A stretch of DNA of 63,791 nt from Octopus bimaculoides. Its lineage: Eukaryota. The DNA lies in assembly GCF_001194135.2 (NCBI RefSeq), contig NC_068987.1, forward strand, positions 62,353,894 through 62,417,684, read 5' to 3'. A program made the translations under genes and the position numbers. The stretch's first letter is position 1. Each line of letters begins with the position of its first letter. Under the pieces are notes generated by a model. The model was not told the DNA's origin. It ran no database searches and was given only the letters and a program-made list of their open reading frames with translations. This document shows positions 11,175-24,120 of this stretch, in pieces.

Positions 11175-11819
11175 TATTGAAATTCTGGCGTAATTTAAAA
11201 AGAAACGAAGAAGACAACCCAGTTTCAATCCCGAGCAGAAGTTTTATTTAGGCAATTAATAAGTATCCTTGAAGAAAACCTGAAGTTGAAAGTCTAAGAA
11301 CTATGTGACCCTGTGTATAGATAACTAATTAACAAACTGAATAAATAAACAATACACTGGATAGGTTTCAAGTGACTGCATCTCTCATCTACAAAATTTT
11401 GTCTTGTCACTAAATAGCAAATTTAGAACAAACACCTGACTGAAGTGCTGGGTGATGGGTTAATGTTCCCCTCTATGTTAGCCCGCATGGGTAATAAAAA
11501 ATCAGATGGGTTAATGTATTACAATGTTTAGTATCATCTTTGAAGTGAAAAGCTGCTCCCTTTGACATTACGTGTAATCTTTTTAGATATCTGCGAAGAA
11601 AAGCAAAATTATACATGCTGCGGTTAACGGAGCATAGATCAAGAAGGTAACTTCCAGTAAGTTGTGTTCCCAGTTCCTATTTGAAGTTACCACGCTTACA
11701 TTGTTTTTCCTATAGAAAAAGTATAGACATCCTAACTATCACATTAGTAAGCATAAAATGTTGGACTGTTGCGATTATTGCATCAAAGAAGTGGTTTGTG
11801 GTTCGGCAAAATCCTTCAA

Positions 11820-12560
11820 ACTTTTGACAGGTATACTACGTTTAAATAAAACGACAACCCAAATGTTCTCGTTTCTTTGTTCACCCTTCACATCGTTCTT
11901 TCTCTGTCTTTTCTCTATCTTAGACACTTTCTTTATTTCTCTCTCTCTCTCTCTCTCCCTCTCTCTCTCTCTTTCTTTGTCTTTCACTCAGTTTTTCCTC
12001 ATTATCCTCATTTTCTATATTTAGCTTTTCTATCATTCTCTTAGTTTCCTCTTTAATATCTTTTATGCCATATTTCCAATCTTCCTTTAGTCGTTTTCAA
12101 CCCTCGAATAGCTTCCATTCGCTGTCCTTCGCCCAATCCCTTCTTTCTCCTACTATCTCCAAATTTCTTCTCTTTATTCCACCCTAACTTTTCGTTCCTC
12201 GTTTCTTTCCTGTACCTTTTTCGATTTACGTTTTCTGACTCTAGTTTATCAAGTCTTTTCCTTCGTCTCTCTTTCTCCATTTTCTTCTTCTCTTGATTTC
12301 TCTTACTATCTATCATCTGTTTTGTTCGGCCTCTTCTTTTTCATAGTTTTCTCATAATCTTCTTACTTTCATTTCCATCTCTAGTTAGCTCTGCCACTTC
12401 TCTGTCTTTTTTTTCATTTTAATCATTCAAATTTTTATGTTCCAGTTTTATCACATACTCTCCTAGTTTTACCTTTACTTCTTTCATTCTTTCCCTCAAA
12501 ATATACTCTTATAACTCACTCTTTCTCTCCTTTCATTTTACTCCGATATTTTTTCAATTC
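11820..12560. repeat. Low-complexity pyrimidine-rich tract including (CT)n
   Basis: About 740 bp of C/T-rich sequence; a similar tract lies at 8930-9460. Confidence 0.8.
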
Positions 12561-12589
12561 AAGCTACTTTCTGCCATTTTTTATGTTTA

Positions 12590-13130
<541 letters not shown>

Positions 13131-13640
13131 ACACGCACACATAGATATGCAGCTAACTGCGTGTATATGTACGTGTGTGTTTGCGCGCGTTTATGTTAGT
13201 GTGTGTGTGTGCTTTAAAAAATCTTTTTATGTTGTGTATTTCGTATTTTGTATTTTGTCCAAATCTGAAGCCTCCTTAAGTGTCTATAGAAATGGATTCT
13301 GGAAATTTCTTCTCAAAAATATCGATTGCGTATTTGGTTTAATGAATAGCTATTATGGCGAGAGTATCAACTGAAATATCAGTCACATTTCAAATCATTC
13401 GATTACGTTTTTTCTTTAAAACCATTTTTCAAGAAACAAAAATTATATCAACAATTATAAAGAAATAGATAATGCCCATCCGCGATATAATTGGTTAATT
13501 AATGTTAATATGAATATTTTAGAAAATGAAACATTTTGAAATAATATTTCTAAAATTAAATTAGTTATTCATCATACCGACCTCAAAACATTAAGTTAAA
13601 CGTTGAAACATTCGGTTCATGACAGAACCGATAAAGACAA

Positions 13641-13694
<54 letters not shown>

Positions 13695-13899
13695 TGAAAA
13701 ATAGTATTAAAAATGAATAAATCAGTCACAAAAGATATAAGCTATGAGATAATAAGTTCATTTAAATGTTATCACAATCTATACCTACTTTTAAATAATC
13801 TCTTATGTTTTAACTTCATTGTTTTCTCTTCCTTTTCCAAGCTACTTTCTTTTTGTTTCTTTGTGTTTTTCTTTCTTACTTTCTCTCCTCGTAAATATG

Positions 13900-13965
13900 T
13901 GTGTATGTATATATGTGTACATAGTATATATACATATATGTACAAAATCTATATATATGTATATG

Positions 13966-14013
<48 letters not shown>

Positions 14014-14076
14014 GTATATATATGTATATATATGTATATATATGTATATATATATGTATATATATGTATATATATG

Positions 14077-14126
<50 letters not shown>

Positions 14127-14350
14127 TATGTATATAATATGTATATATATGTATATATAATATATATATATGCATATATAAGTATGTTTGTGTATACACG
14201 AGCGTGTTTGCGTGCGTGTATGTGTGTGAGCACATACTGTAAGAGAGATAAATATTGGGAAAGGCAGAGAGAGAGAGAGAGAAAGAGAAAGAGTGTGAGA
14301 GAGAGACCATGAAACAAAGTGAGTGAGAGAGGGAGGGGCGGGAAGGAAGG
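13900..14350. repeat. Compound microsatellite (TA)n/(TATG)n/(TG)n/(GA)n
   Basis: Direct reading. Confidence 0.95.
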
Positions 14351-14832
14351 AGGGAGACATAACGGAAAGTTATGTGATTCAATAGTAATATTGTTCGTTA
14401 AAAACATGGCGGATTTGCTTTTAGTGATTTGACGGTCGTAAATGTTTTTATTTCTTAAATAACCAGTAGCTCAATTATCAGTCGAAATTCGTTTCACTGA
14501 CAACCTAATTGTGCAAGAGTAATGCTTTGTGTTTTTCTTTTATTGCATCTACGTTTGTTCAATTTTGCATAGACTAACATTTAAAAGGTAACTGTTATTT
14601 TTGTAATATGTTTATTATTGTTTATTTATCGAAATACATTTAAATACATTTTAATTTGTCCTAACCTATTCATATACTTTAATGGAGATCTAACATAATG
14701 AGCTTGTTGAGAGGTCACCTCATATGTATATGTGTGTACGCGTGCGTGTGTACATATATATGTGTGCATATACACACATACATACATGTATGTGTCTGTG
14801 TGTTATGAATGTATTATGCATATATATATATA

Positions 14833-14871
<39 letters not shown>

Positions 14872-15753
14872 CTANNNNNNNNNNNNNNNNNNNNNNNNNN
14901 NNNNNNNNNNNNNNNNNNNNNNNNNNNNNNNNNNNNNNNNNNNNNNNNNNNNNNNNNNNNNNNNNNNNNNNNNNNNNNNNNNNNNNNNNNNNNNNNNNNN
15001 NNNNNNNNNNNNNNNNNNNNNNNNNNNNNNNNNNNNNNNNNNNNNNNNNNNNNNNNNNNNNNNNNNNNNNNNNNNNNNNNNNNNNNNNNNNNNNNNNNNN
15101 NNNNNNNNNNNNNNNNNNNNNNNNNNNNNNNNNNNNNNNNNNNNNNNNNNNNNNNNNNNNNNNNNNNNNNNNNNNNNNNNNNNNNNNNNNNNNNNNNNNN
15201 NNNNNNNNNNNNATATACCTGTATACATGAATATATGCTTATATATATGTATGAATATATGTATCTATATGGTTGCACTCACACACACACATATACAACA
15301 CATATACGTACACTTATTAAACTTCTAACTGCAATGGCCTCAATTAAGAGGCTCGCTCCAAATAGTTCCGAGATCAATCTCACCGCGTGGCGCACGTTTC
15401 TTCAACAATAGCCCCACATTGACTAACGCTTTGTGAGTAGCATTTTGTAGTATTCTTTACGTAATATACCTAAGCAGCTCGACAAATAGACCTCAGTAAA
15501 ATGGTATAAAAGCTAAAATTACCGAGGTCAGTACGATTATATCTCTGAACGCAATACTCTCATATGTTTACTTTTACGCATATAAAATATGTATGTATGT
15601 TATATTTTTGTTCATGTATATATACATGTGTCTATGTAACGATATATGCACATAGGTGTAGGTATTTGCATCAAGACCTGTTTTCATGTATGTATACGTA
15701 TCAATGTGTATGTGAATGGATAGTGGTGTACTCACTTACATAACATGCATGTT

Positions 15754-15840
<87 letters not shown>

Positions 15841-16112
15841 ACACATACACACACATGTATGTATATAATACATATACCAGTATCAGTGTTTGTAGCGTTT
15901 GCATATATAGTGTTTCATTTTTGGCTTTCCGGATTTTATTCATCGAAATTCTTTAATAAATAAAATCTTGTTTCCAACCTTGAAAGCCTATTCACTTGAA
16001 TTTATATATCAATTAGTTAGCCCTATAAAATATATTAGGTTTTCATCCTAAAATATATCGGCTAGTTTAATGTTGAAACACTTGTTCCATAACAGAACTA
16101 ATAAACATAGAC

Positions 16113-16181
<69 letters not shown>

Positions 16182-16184
16182 TAT

Positions 16185-16720
16185 TACAAAAGAGCAAATA
16201 AGTGGTACGAACATAAGTCCGAAGGCATCATTGAAAATGATGATGCAAAGATCCTATGGAATTTTATGATTCAGTCCGACCATGAGATAGAGAATAGGAA
16301 ACCAGACATATTGTTAATTGAAAAAGAAAGCAAACGATGCTGGATCATATATATAGCATGCATAGCTGATAACAAGGTATGCGATAAGGAAGAAAGAGAA
16401 GTCGATAGATATGACAGGTTAGCTTGGGAGGTTAAGCAGTTGTGGTCGATGAAAAAGGTGGTAGTAGTACCAATAATTGTCGGAGCCCTGGGGACAGTGA
16501 GTAAAAATCCTTAGAAGTACATGGAACAAATAGGGGCTGTAATAAGGGTGGAGCACTTACAAAAAACAGCACTGCTTGGAACCGTTTGAATACTCCGGAT
16601 GATGCTCAAAAAATAAGGGGTGTTACCTTAGTTCACTGGTGGTGAACAGCTGGCGCCATAGTACATCTCCAGCGTTAGAAGCTGTGCAAAGACAATAAAT
16701 AATCATAATAATAACAATAA
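16185..16720 (+). mobile_element. R4/Dong-like non-LTR retrotransposon 3' fragment (restriction-like endonuclease)
   Basis: ILWNFMIQSDHEIENRKPDILLIEKESKRCWII..KVCDKE..YDRLAWEVKQLW..VVPIIVGALGTV..LQKTALLG (PD..D-type RLE motifs); flanked by (AAT)n at 16113-16180 and degenerate AAT repeats at about 16693-16720. Confidence 0.85.
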
Positions 16721-16920
16721 TTCTTACTATAGACACAAAGCCTGGGGACTGGACTGGCCGATTACACCAACCCCAGTGCTCACCTGGTAATTGTTTTATC
16801 GTCCTCGAAAGGATGAAAAGCAGAGTCAAACTCGTCGGAATTTGAACTCGGAGCGCACAGACGGATGCAATACCGCAAAGCATTTTATCCGGCGTGTTAA
16901 TGATTCTGCCAGCTTCCCCT
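16721..16920 (-). mobile_element. tRNA SINE family B
   Basis: tcgtcctcgaaaggatgaaaagcagagtcaa..atttgaactc..tgattctgccagct. Confidence 0.8.
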
Positions 16921-17036
<116 letters not shown>

Positions 17037-17706
17037 AAAGCCTTTAATATCTGCAACTAATGTGTAACAACTTATCCTTTCCTCTCTACCTGAGTATTCG
17101 AAAATGTAAACATCATCGTCCTTTTAATTCTAAGAACACTACCATTTCTCTCTGTGCGGTTATACAATAGACCATATTTAGTAAATCTCTATAACTTGTT
17201 TTCTTTTCTTTTTGACTCACCCTGTGTGTTCGAAAATGTAAACATCCTTTTCATTGCAAAAGTCCTACTGTATTCTCCAACTAGACAGATAAACGAGCAT
17301 CTCAAGAAAACTTAAAAACTTTAATATATTACCCAAATACGTAAATACACCTTTTATTGCAACAACACAATTGAATTCAGAAATTCAAAACTTCAACGAC
17401 GTGNNNNNNNNNNNNNNNNNNNNNNNNNNNNNNNNNNNNNNNNNNNNNNNNNNNNNNNNNNNNNNNNNNNNNNNNNNNNNNNNNNNNNNNNNNNNNNNNN
17501 NNNNNNNNNNNNNNNNNNNNNNNNNNNNNNNNNNNNNNNNNNNNNNNNNNNNNNNNNNNNNNNNNNNNNNNNNNNNNNNNNNNNNNNNNNNNNNNNNNNN
17601 NNNNNNNNNNNNNNNNNNNNNNNNNNNNNNNNNNNNNNNNNNNNNNNNNNNNNNNNNNNNNNNNNNNNNNNNNNNNNNNNNNNNNNNNNNNNNNNNNNNN
17701 NNNNNN

Positions 17707-18092
17707 TAAATGTGGTACTTAAAATGTTTGAGGCACCAGAATTTGGTAGGATAAAAACCAAAAACAAAATCAAGAGATTTGGTGAATAAAACTTGAAGTA
17801 AAGCAACAAAAATTCAATAGGTTATAGCAGTACGTACGTTTCGTACAAGCTCCATTTATTCATGTAGTGATAACACTACAGAAAATACAATGAAAACGTA
17901 CTCCTCAGCTGCATAAAGGAATTTCATTTTAGAAAGTCATTTTGAAGATGTTTGCAAAAAACAAGAGTAAGAGAAGAAAACACCTCTTGACTATGCTGCT
18001 GTTTCACAGACAAGTGAATCAAACAAGAATTTAAAATCTAATTGTAGAGATAGTAGTAATTTCAAATTTAGAGGAAGGCAGGTTAAGTATAT
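17707..18092 (-). mobile_element. Penelope-like 3' UTR/pLTR-type repeat (second copy)
   Basis: Homologous to 1-340 and, at its distal end, to 62270-62345. Confidence 0.6.
17822..17916 (-). ncRNA. Type I hammerhead ribozyme motif (canonical)
   Basis: Minus strand reads gcag-CUGAGGA-guac-(51-nt loop with internal hairpin)-guac-GAAA-CGUACG-UA-cugc; all core nucleotides conserved, stems I and II paired, palindromic stem III, GUA triplet ending at 17831. Confidence 0.82.
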
Positions 18093-19264
18093 TATTGTTA
18101 TTTTTTTCTACCAGTAATTACAAACAGAACAGGTTGAATTGCTTCTTTTCAAGGCACCGCTCCCGTATCCACTGGTAGTAGTAAACACATTTGACCTCTC
18201 CTGACCTAAAGGGTGTGAAGAGTACTTTGTCTCTATGGCTGACCTCCGCACCATCTGCCGAATCTATCTATAGACCTGTAGAATATGATCTATTCACCAA
18301 ACTGATGCCCAACTTTTCCCTAAAACAACGGTGGTGATGGTGGTAATGATAAAAGTAGAAATAATAATAATATGCAGCAGCTGCTAATACTAAATACTAC
18401 TAACACTACATTAACACTACAACCACTACTATTATGATAACACAGGAATCTGAGGCCCAACTACCACCCTTACCACTACCACCCTTACCACTACCACCAC
18501 TCACACTGCTGTTGCTGTTGCTGCAACCACTGCTGATATTACACATAAAAACAATAATATCAGTGATGTCAGTGATGATAATAATGATAATAATGAAAGG
18601 AAACGGGTGGAGCCTCCTCCTCCTCATGAGCTGATTAATGATACATCTAGTGACGGTGTCAATAAAAACACTGGTGATAATGAAATTGAAGCCAATGATG
18701 GTGACAGTGTTACACCCGGTAGGCTTAGAGATTCTGGTCCGGCTCCAGCCTGTCGATATTCAGAAAGAGACCACCACACACGGCATAGATGGAGCAAGCA
18801 AATTAATGCTGTGGTCATGGAGTGTTCCTACCTGAGCAGCCCGGTAGATGAAAATGGTGCTCAAATTAGCGGTTACCGACAACGTATGCATGATCATTGG
18901 AGAGAAAAGGGATTCAACTTACGGAACAGAGACTATGTGATCAAGTCACAGCAATAAGGAAAAATTGTTTGTTCACAAGTCGAAACTATCAAAAGACGGG
19001 TCATGGAAAATAGCAGCAGAGATAACAATGAAAATACAGTTCTTACTAATAAGAATAATCCCATAGTACAGGAAAGGCGCAGTTGTAGTTTACTTGATGA
19101 GAGACATATAGATGATCTAAAAGAAGACAATAAAACTAATGACGAAATAACAGATGAACAAAAGGCAATCTACGACAGAATAAAAGTAAGACAACAGGAG
19201 AACGTTAGCGACATTATTTGCAACCTTAAAAAGGTTGATCGATGGAAATTGAACCAAGAAATTG

Positions 19265-19369
19265 AACCACTACGCCATATGCCCGTGGGCATATGGCGTA
19301 GTGGTTAAGAGCGCGGGCTACTAACCCCAAGTTCGATTCCAAGCAGTGACCTGAACAATAATAATAATG

Positions 19370-19421
<52 letters not shown>

Positions 19422-19437
19422 CAACAACAACAACAAC

Positions 19438-19492
<55 letters not shown>

Positions 19493-19671
19493 TCGAAAAA
19501 TACCTTAGGAATGAGCACCGAGGTTCGAAATTTCCCCAAGACAACTGAAGAAGGCTGGTGGGTATATCAGCCGAAACGTGTTAACAACAAACAAGATGAG
19601 GACAAATATCCGTCGAATGTAAATAATGTACATAATTCTTCATCTCTTAAATATAGAACTGTGAGAATCTG
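19265..19671 (+). mobile_element. tRNA-headed SINE (family D) with (AAT)n spacer and Penelope-type hammerhead tail
   Basis: A box tggcgtagtgg and B box gttcgattcc; then ccaagcagtgacctgaa-(AAT)n-tcgaaaaataccttaggaatgag..gttcgaaatttccc, matching the minus strand of 39345-39539; hammerhead core at 19545-19580. Confidence 0.8.
19540..19585 (+). ncRNA. Minimal hammerhead ribozyme motif, degenerate in this copy
   Basis: CTGAAGA 19545-19551, extra A, stem II ggctg 19553-19557 / cagcc 19568-19572, GAAA 19573-19576, palindromic ACGT; stem I and cleavage triplet are not intact. Confidence 0.6.
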
Positions 19672-20009
19672 AATTGTTAATTATAGCTGTTCAAGAACAA
19701 TCTATTAGGACCAATTCTATAAAGGCAATGATTAATTAAAACTCAGTCGGGGAACAAATGCAGAGTTTATGGAACTGGAGTTGTAAGTATTAACCATTTC
19801 TTAAGTGAATGCAACGAACTAGTACAAAATCAGTATAAAGTAGTACATTAGGATGTTAGTGGAGTGTGTGAACTAAGAAGAGTAGAAAAGTGATGTGAAT
19901 ATGAGCCAGACGCTGTGATGGAGAATAGTAATTATAGTATTTTATGAAATTATTCCATAAAGACTGAGCATATTATTGAGAACAAAAAATAAGTGTACCA
20001 TCATTGATT

Positions 20010-20180
20010 TTTGCCTTTCATCGTTTCGGGGTCGATTAAATAAGTACCAGTTACGCACTGGGGTCGATTAAATAAGTACCAGTTACGCACTGGGGTCGAT
20101 GTAATCGACTTAATCCCTTTTTCTGTCCTTGTTTGTTCCCTCTATGTTTAGCCCTCTGTGGGCAATAAAGAAATAAATAT
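20010..20180 (+). mobile_element. SINE family B 3' half with internal 32-bp tandem duplication
   Basis: ggggtcgattaaataagtaccagttacgcact at 20028-20059 and 20060-20091. Confidence 0.85.
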
Positions 20181-20471
20181 TGTATGATCATAGAATGGAT
20201 ACCGAATAAATTGAGAAAAGTGAGAAATATCAGAACCTACCCAGAAAGAGGACAGAGAAGCTGAAGGATATTCGATTTGAGACATGCAGAAAAGTACTGG
20301 TCTGTATTCTGCAAGAGTCTAAGAGTCCTAAGAAAGATTCTTGAGATTTGAGGAGACTGGTCACTGAAACTTAAGATAGGATTTCTGAAAACAGATTTAG
20401 CATTTGAGTAATAATGTCGATGATGATGATGATGAAGAAGATGATGATGATGATGATGATAATGATGATGT

Positions 20472-20504
<33 letters not shown>

Positions 20505-21717
20505 CGATGACGATGACACCGACGACGACGACGATGATGACGAGAACGATGATTTCTTTATTGGCCTAAGGCATTGGTAACAATACAAGGAAGAAAGACA
20601 CATAAAAATGGGGTTTACAACTAGTAAAAGAAATAAAGAATTTCCATAAATTAAACAAAAAATTCCCCTAAAAAACAACCCGTCATCGATAGTGAGAAGA
20701 TTACCAAGGAAACTCGGGGGGAATTTCCCACTCAAAATCCCGAATTACTTTGTCACATCCAAGACATCAAAAGTACTATCTCTATGTTTCTTTTTCCCAA
20801 CTTACAAAAACACACACTGGTTAGGTCTATTCAGCCTCGTACTGCGTTTTTTTCTCTAACCTTTCCTCTCTAGAATATTCCATTTCTGTTCCCATCCTTA
20901 CCTTACAAACTCCAGTTCAAGATAAATAACGGCTGCTTCGAACGCACTCGTCTAGGAATGGCTGTGAAGGTTAAGGGCGCTGTTCCTGCCACTAATTAAA
21001 AAAAGAAAGAAGCGAACGTAGTAAATACAAATTGTAAAAACACGCCATCAAGGGAACTTCTGTTCAGTTGCTGAAGCTGCTGGAAAAGCTAGCTTAGTTA
21101 ATAAAAGACACAAATAAGATGTCGTAGTCGTCCGACATATTCTTTATGAAAGCATAGAGGAAGAGGAGGAAGAGGAGGAAATGAAAAAGGATAGGAAAAA
21201 TGAAGACGAAGAAGAATGAAGAGAAAGAAAATGGTTATAGAAGAAAAGTAGAAGAAAGAGGGGATGGTGGAAGGGCTAGTGTTGGTTATTGTTCCTCCAA
21301 TTAAACTCGACTATTTTGTTATGTACACTTAAATAAAGTAGAGTTAATATTATCTCGTTGGGTGCGCCGAAGGACCTATGGTTTAAATTGCGACATAGGC
21401 GTGGTTTTAATGGCCAATACGACGTATAATCTAATCCCCAGCTGTACATAGATATCATAGGACACAAAAGTTTGTTAGTGTATAAACACGATCTAATCGA
21501 CAAAGGCTATATTTACTGACATTTCTGCGTTCAAATATTATAATCGGTATAGGTTGATGTCTGCGTAGCTATAAGAATAACTGGCTGATGTTTATTATGA
21601 TAACGTGTTCTGCACAGGCTACTCAACTACTAAATCTATCTTGCTGTATAGCGAACCAACATTATGAGTGTTGCCAATATAATGAAAAAAAGATATTTCT
21701 GCGTGTATGTTTGTATA

Positions 21718-22100
21718 GTGGAGGCGCAATGGCCCAGTGGTTAGGGCAGCGGACTCACGGTCATAGGATCGCGGTTTCGATTCACAGACCGGGTGTTGTG
21801 AATGTTTATTGAGCGAAAACACCTAAAGCTCCACGAGGCTCCGGCAGCGGATGGTGGCGAACCCTGCTGTATTCTTTCACCACAACTTTCTCTCACTCTT
21901 ACTTCCTGTTTCTGTTGCGCCTGTAATTCAAAGGGTCAGCCTTGTCACACTGTGTCACGCTGAATATCCCCGAGAACTACGTTAAGGGTACACGTGTCTG
22001 TGGAGTACTCAGCCACTTGTACGTTAATTTCACGGGCAGGCTGTTCCTTTGATCGGATCAACTGGAACCCTCATCGTCGTAACCGACGGAGTGCCAATAA
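21718..22100 (+). mobile_element. tRNA SINE family E
   Basis: Head ggcgcaatggcccagtggttagg..ggtttcgattc; body unrelated to families A-D; ends cgtcgtaaccgacggagtgcca plus an A-rich tail. Confidence 0.75.
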
Positions 22101-22949
22101 ACAAAAATGTTTGTATAGGTGATGGGGAAAATATTGTAGTCTACAATATTTTCCCCACCATCTATACAAATTTAATCAAACTTATGGTAAAAAGATATTT
22201 CATAGATCATAAAACGCAACAGGTATTACCTGTAACAAAACTATATTTCATTCTCTTCTAAATCAAAAGAACTTATATAACAGTTTTAAGTAAATGACGA
22301 GAGCTAGAAGTAACTTTTTGAAGAAGCCATTCCAACTCACTTGAGCTGCTAATGCTCTTAAACGTCACAGAGATTAAAGTCAGTCATCACTCAACTAGAG
22401 AACAAAAGGCAAAACTACTTGGTCTAGCTGGCAATCTTGTTCTATCCCTTAAATAATAGACAGGGAAGACCGAGGAGATTTGATATGAGGAAGAATTGAG
22501 CTACTACCTCAGTCTAACAGTTATAATTATGTACTGCAATCTAAATATTGTATCTAATGCTATCCTATTTTACATCAACTAAGCACATATGAACCAGTAT
22601 TATGAAGATGTGATGAACAAAAAGCATTTAGTTTTAAAAAGCGCAGAACAGTAAAAAATAGATTTTAGAACTATAAGTGTGACGCTTTCCTTCAGTTTTA
22701 TAGCAGTGGTTAGCTTCTTTCAAAATTTGTTACTGTCGTCTATAAAGTACCCTTTATCCTAATAAGTTTTACACAGCTTCATATAATTGTTTCCCTAAGA
22801 CTAGTTTCAGAATGGTCGCCTTCAGTTGTGTTGAGTCACTGCTCATGAAAATAATTGATTTGTAGCCCACCTGCCCTCTTCCCAATCTTTACTATATGCA
22901 TTACTCCCAGAAAATTAATGTTATTAATTTGATTTCATTTCACACCACA

Positions 22950-24120
22950 AAGCAAGAAGAATACAAGCATAAGACAGAGCGGAGTAGTGCTGCAGATGTT
23001 CTCCAACGTACAGTAGAAGCCGTTTAAAGTAGACTCGATATCCAATTTGCAGTCATAGACTTCCGCGTTGATCGAATGATATTAACGCATTACATCGCTG
23101 AGCATAAAACATACATACGAAGATCTTGGATATTCAAACTATTAGTCATGAAACATAACATTTCCTCTAAAACTAGAAGCTGTGTTAACCATGATTATTA
23201 AAAATTAGGCAGTTAATTATTATGGGTTGTATTAAAGATAAATGTCGCAGGTATTATCTGTAACATGAATATGAAAACTGGAGGATGAACAAGGGAACTG
23301 GGGAAGCATTCTGGTTGGGTTTAAAGGAACACCGGATCCTTGTAATTTATGCCCAAGAAGCAATATCTATTAGTCTGGTTTAGGATATTCAGTCGGTACA
23401 CATTTAGCCGATTTTACATCAATTCAGTAAAAAGTCATGGAATTGTCGTTGTCTATAAGCACAAAACATAAAATTTGGATGAAACAGGTTGTACTACAAG
23501 TTTGGTAGTATTGAAACTGAATAAAGAATTTAAGTTTGACTTTATGAAATCAGCAGCACTGCTCCCAACCATTTTCTTATTCATACGAGTCAAATATTGT
23601 AAACATTTTATTGGAAGCGTTCCTGTGAGATCTACAAGGATTGCTACAAGGTCAGAATGGATGAACGAAGAATTGTTTGTACAATTCTTTGATCTCTTTC
23701 GCCATTGTACATGTTGCCACTCAGACAGCAAGGTTTTGCTCATCATGGATAATCACTAATCTCATTCATCATTTCAAGCAGTGAACAAAGCAAAATCAAA
23801 TGGCGTTGTTTTCTAATTTCATCCCCGACAAATTTCAGTCATTATTCTGTGCAGCAGTTGATGATTCATACAAGAAAACATATAGGCATTTCATGAAAGC
23901 TTGAATGCATTCCATTCCAGTAAAAATTATTACCATCTACGTCGTCCCTGTACTGACAGAACGAAGCATTTAAATTTTCTTGTGCCCCTCACAATGTAGC
24001 TGTTCGGTTTCAGAGTGCAAGTATGTCACTCTACAACAGTGAGATATTCACAGACGACGATTATGTACCTGCTGTTCTCACTGACAGAAAACGTATACAG
24101 CCATAATAATCCCTGAACAG
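22950..24120 (+). mobile_element. pogo/Tigger-like DDE transposase remnant
   Basis: DETG..SEWMNEELFVQFFDLF..SKVLLIMDNH*SHSS..AKSNGV, matching DDE_1-type motifs (DETG, WM, LLxxDNHxSH); heavily decayed. Confidence 0.65.

Larger units (their letters stand above)
18590..20415 (+). mobile_element. R4/Dong-like non-LTR retrotransposon, internally deleted and interrupted by two SINEs
   Basis: N-terminal RWSKQINAVVMECSYLS..GYRQRMHDHWREKG; after the SINE at 19265-19671 come QEQSIRTNSIKA..HFLSECNELVQNQYK..VMEN..IL; final RVLRKILEI* followed by (AAT/GAT)n. Confidence 0.7.

Noticed and set aside
19287-19345. tRNA gene
   Set aside because: A and B boxes are present, but the anticodon stem is broken, the variable/T region is deleted and there is no acceptor pairing; this and the heads at about 11170, 21720 and 62245 are SINE heads.
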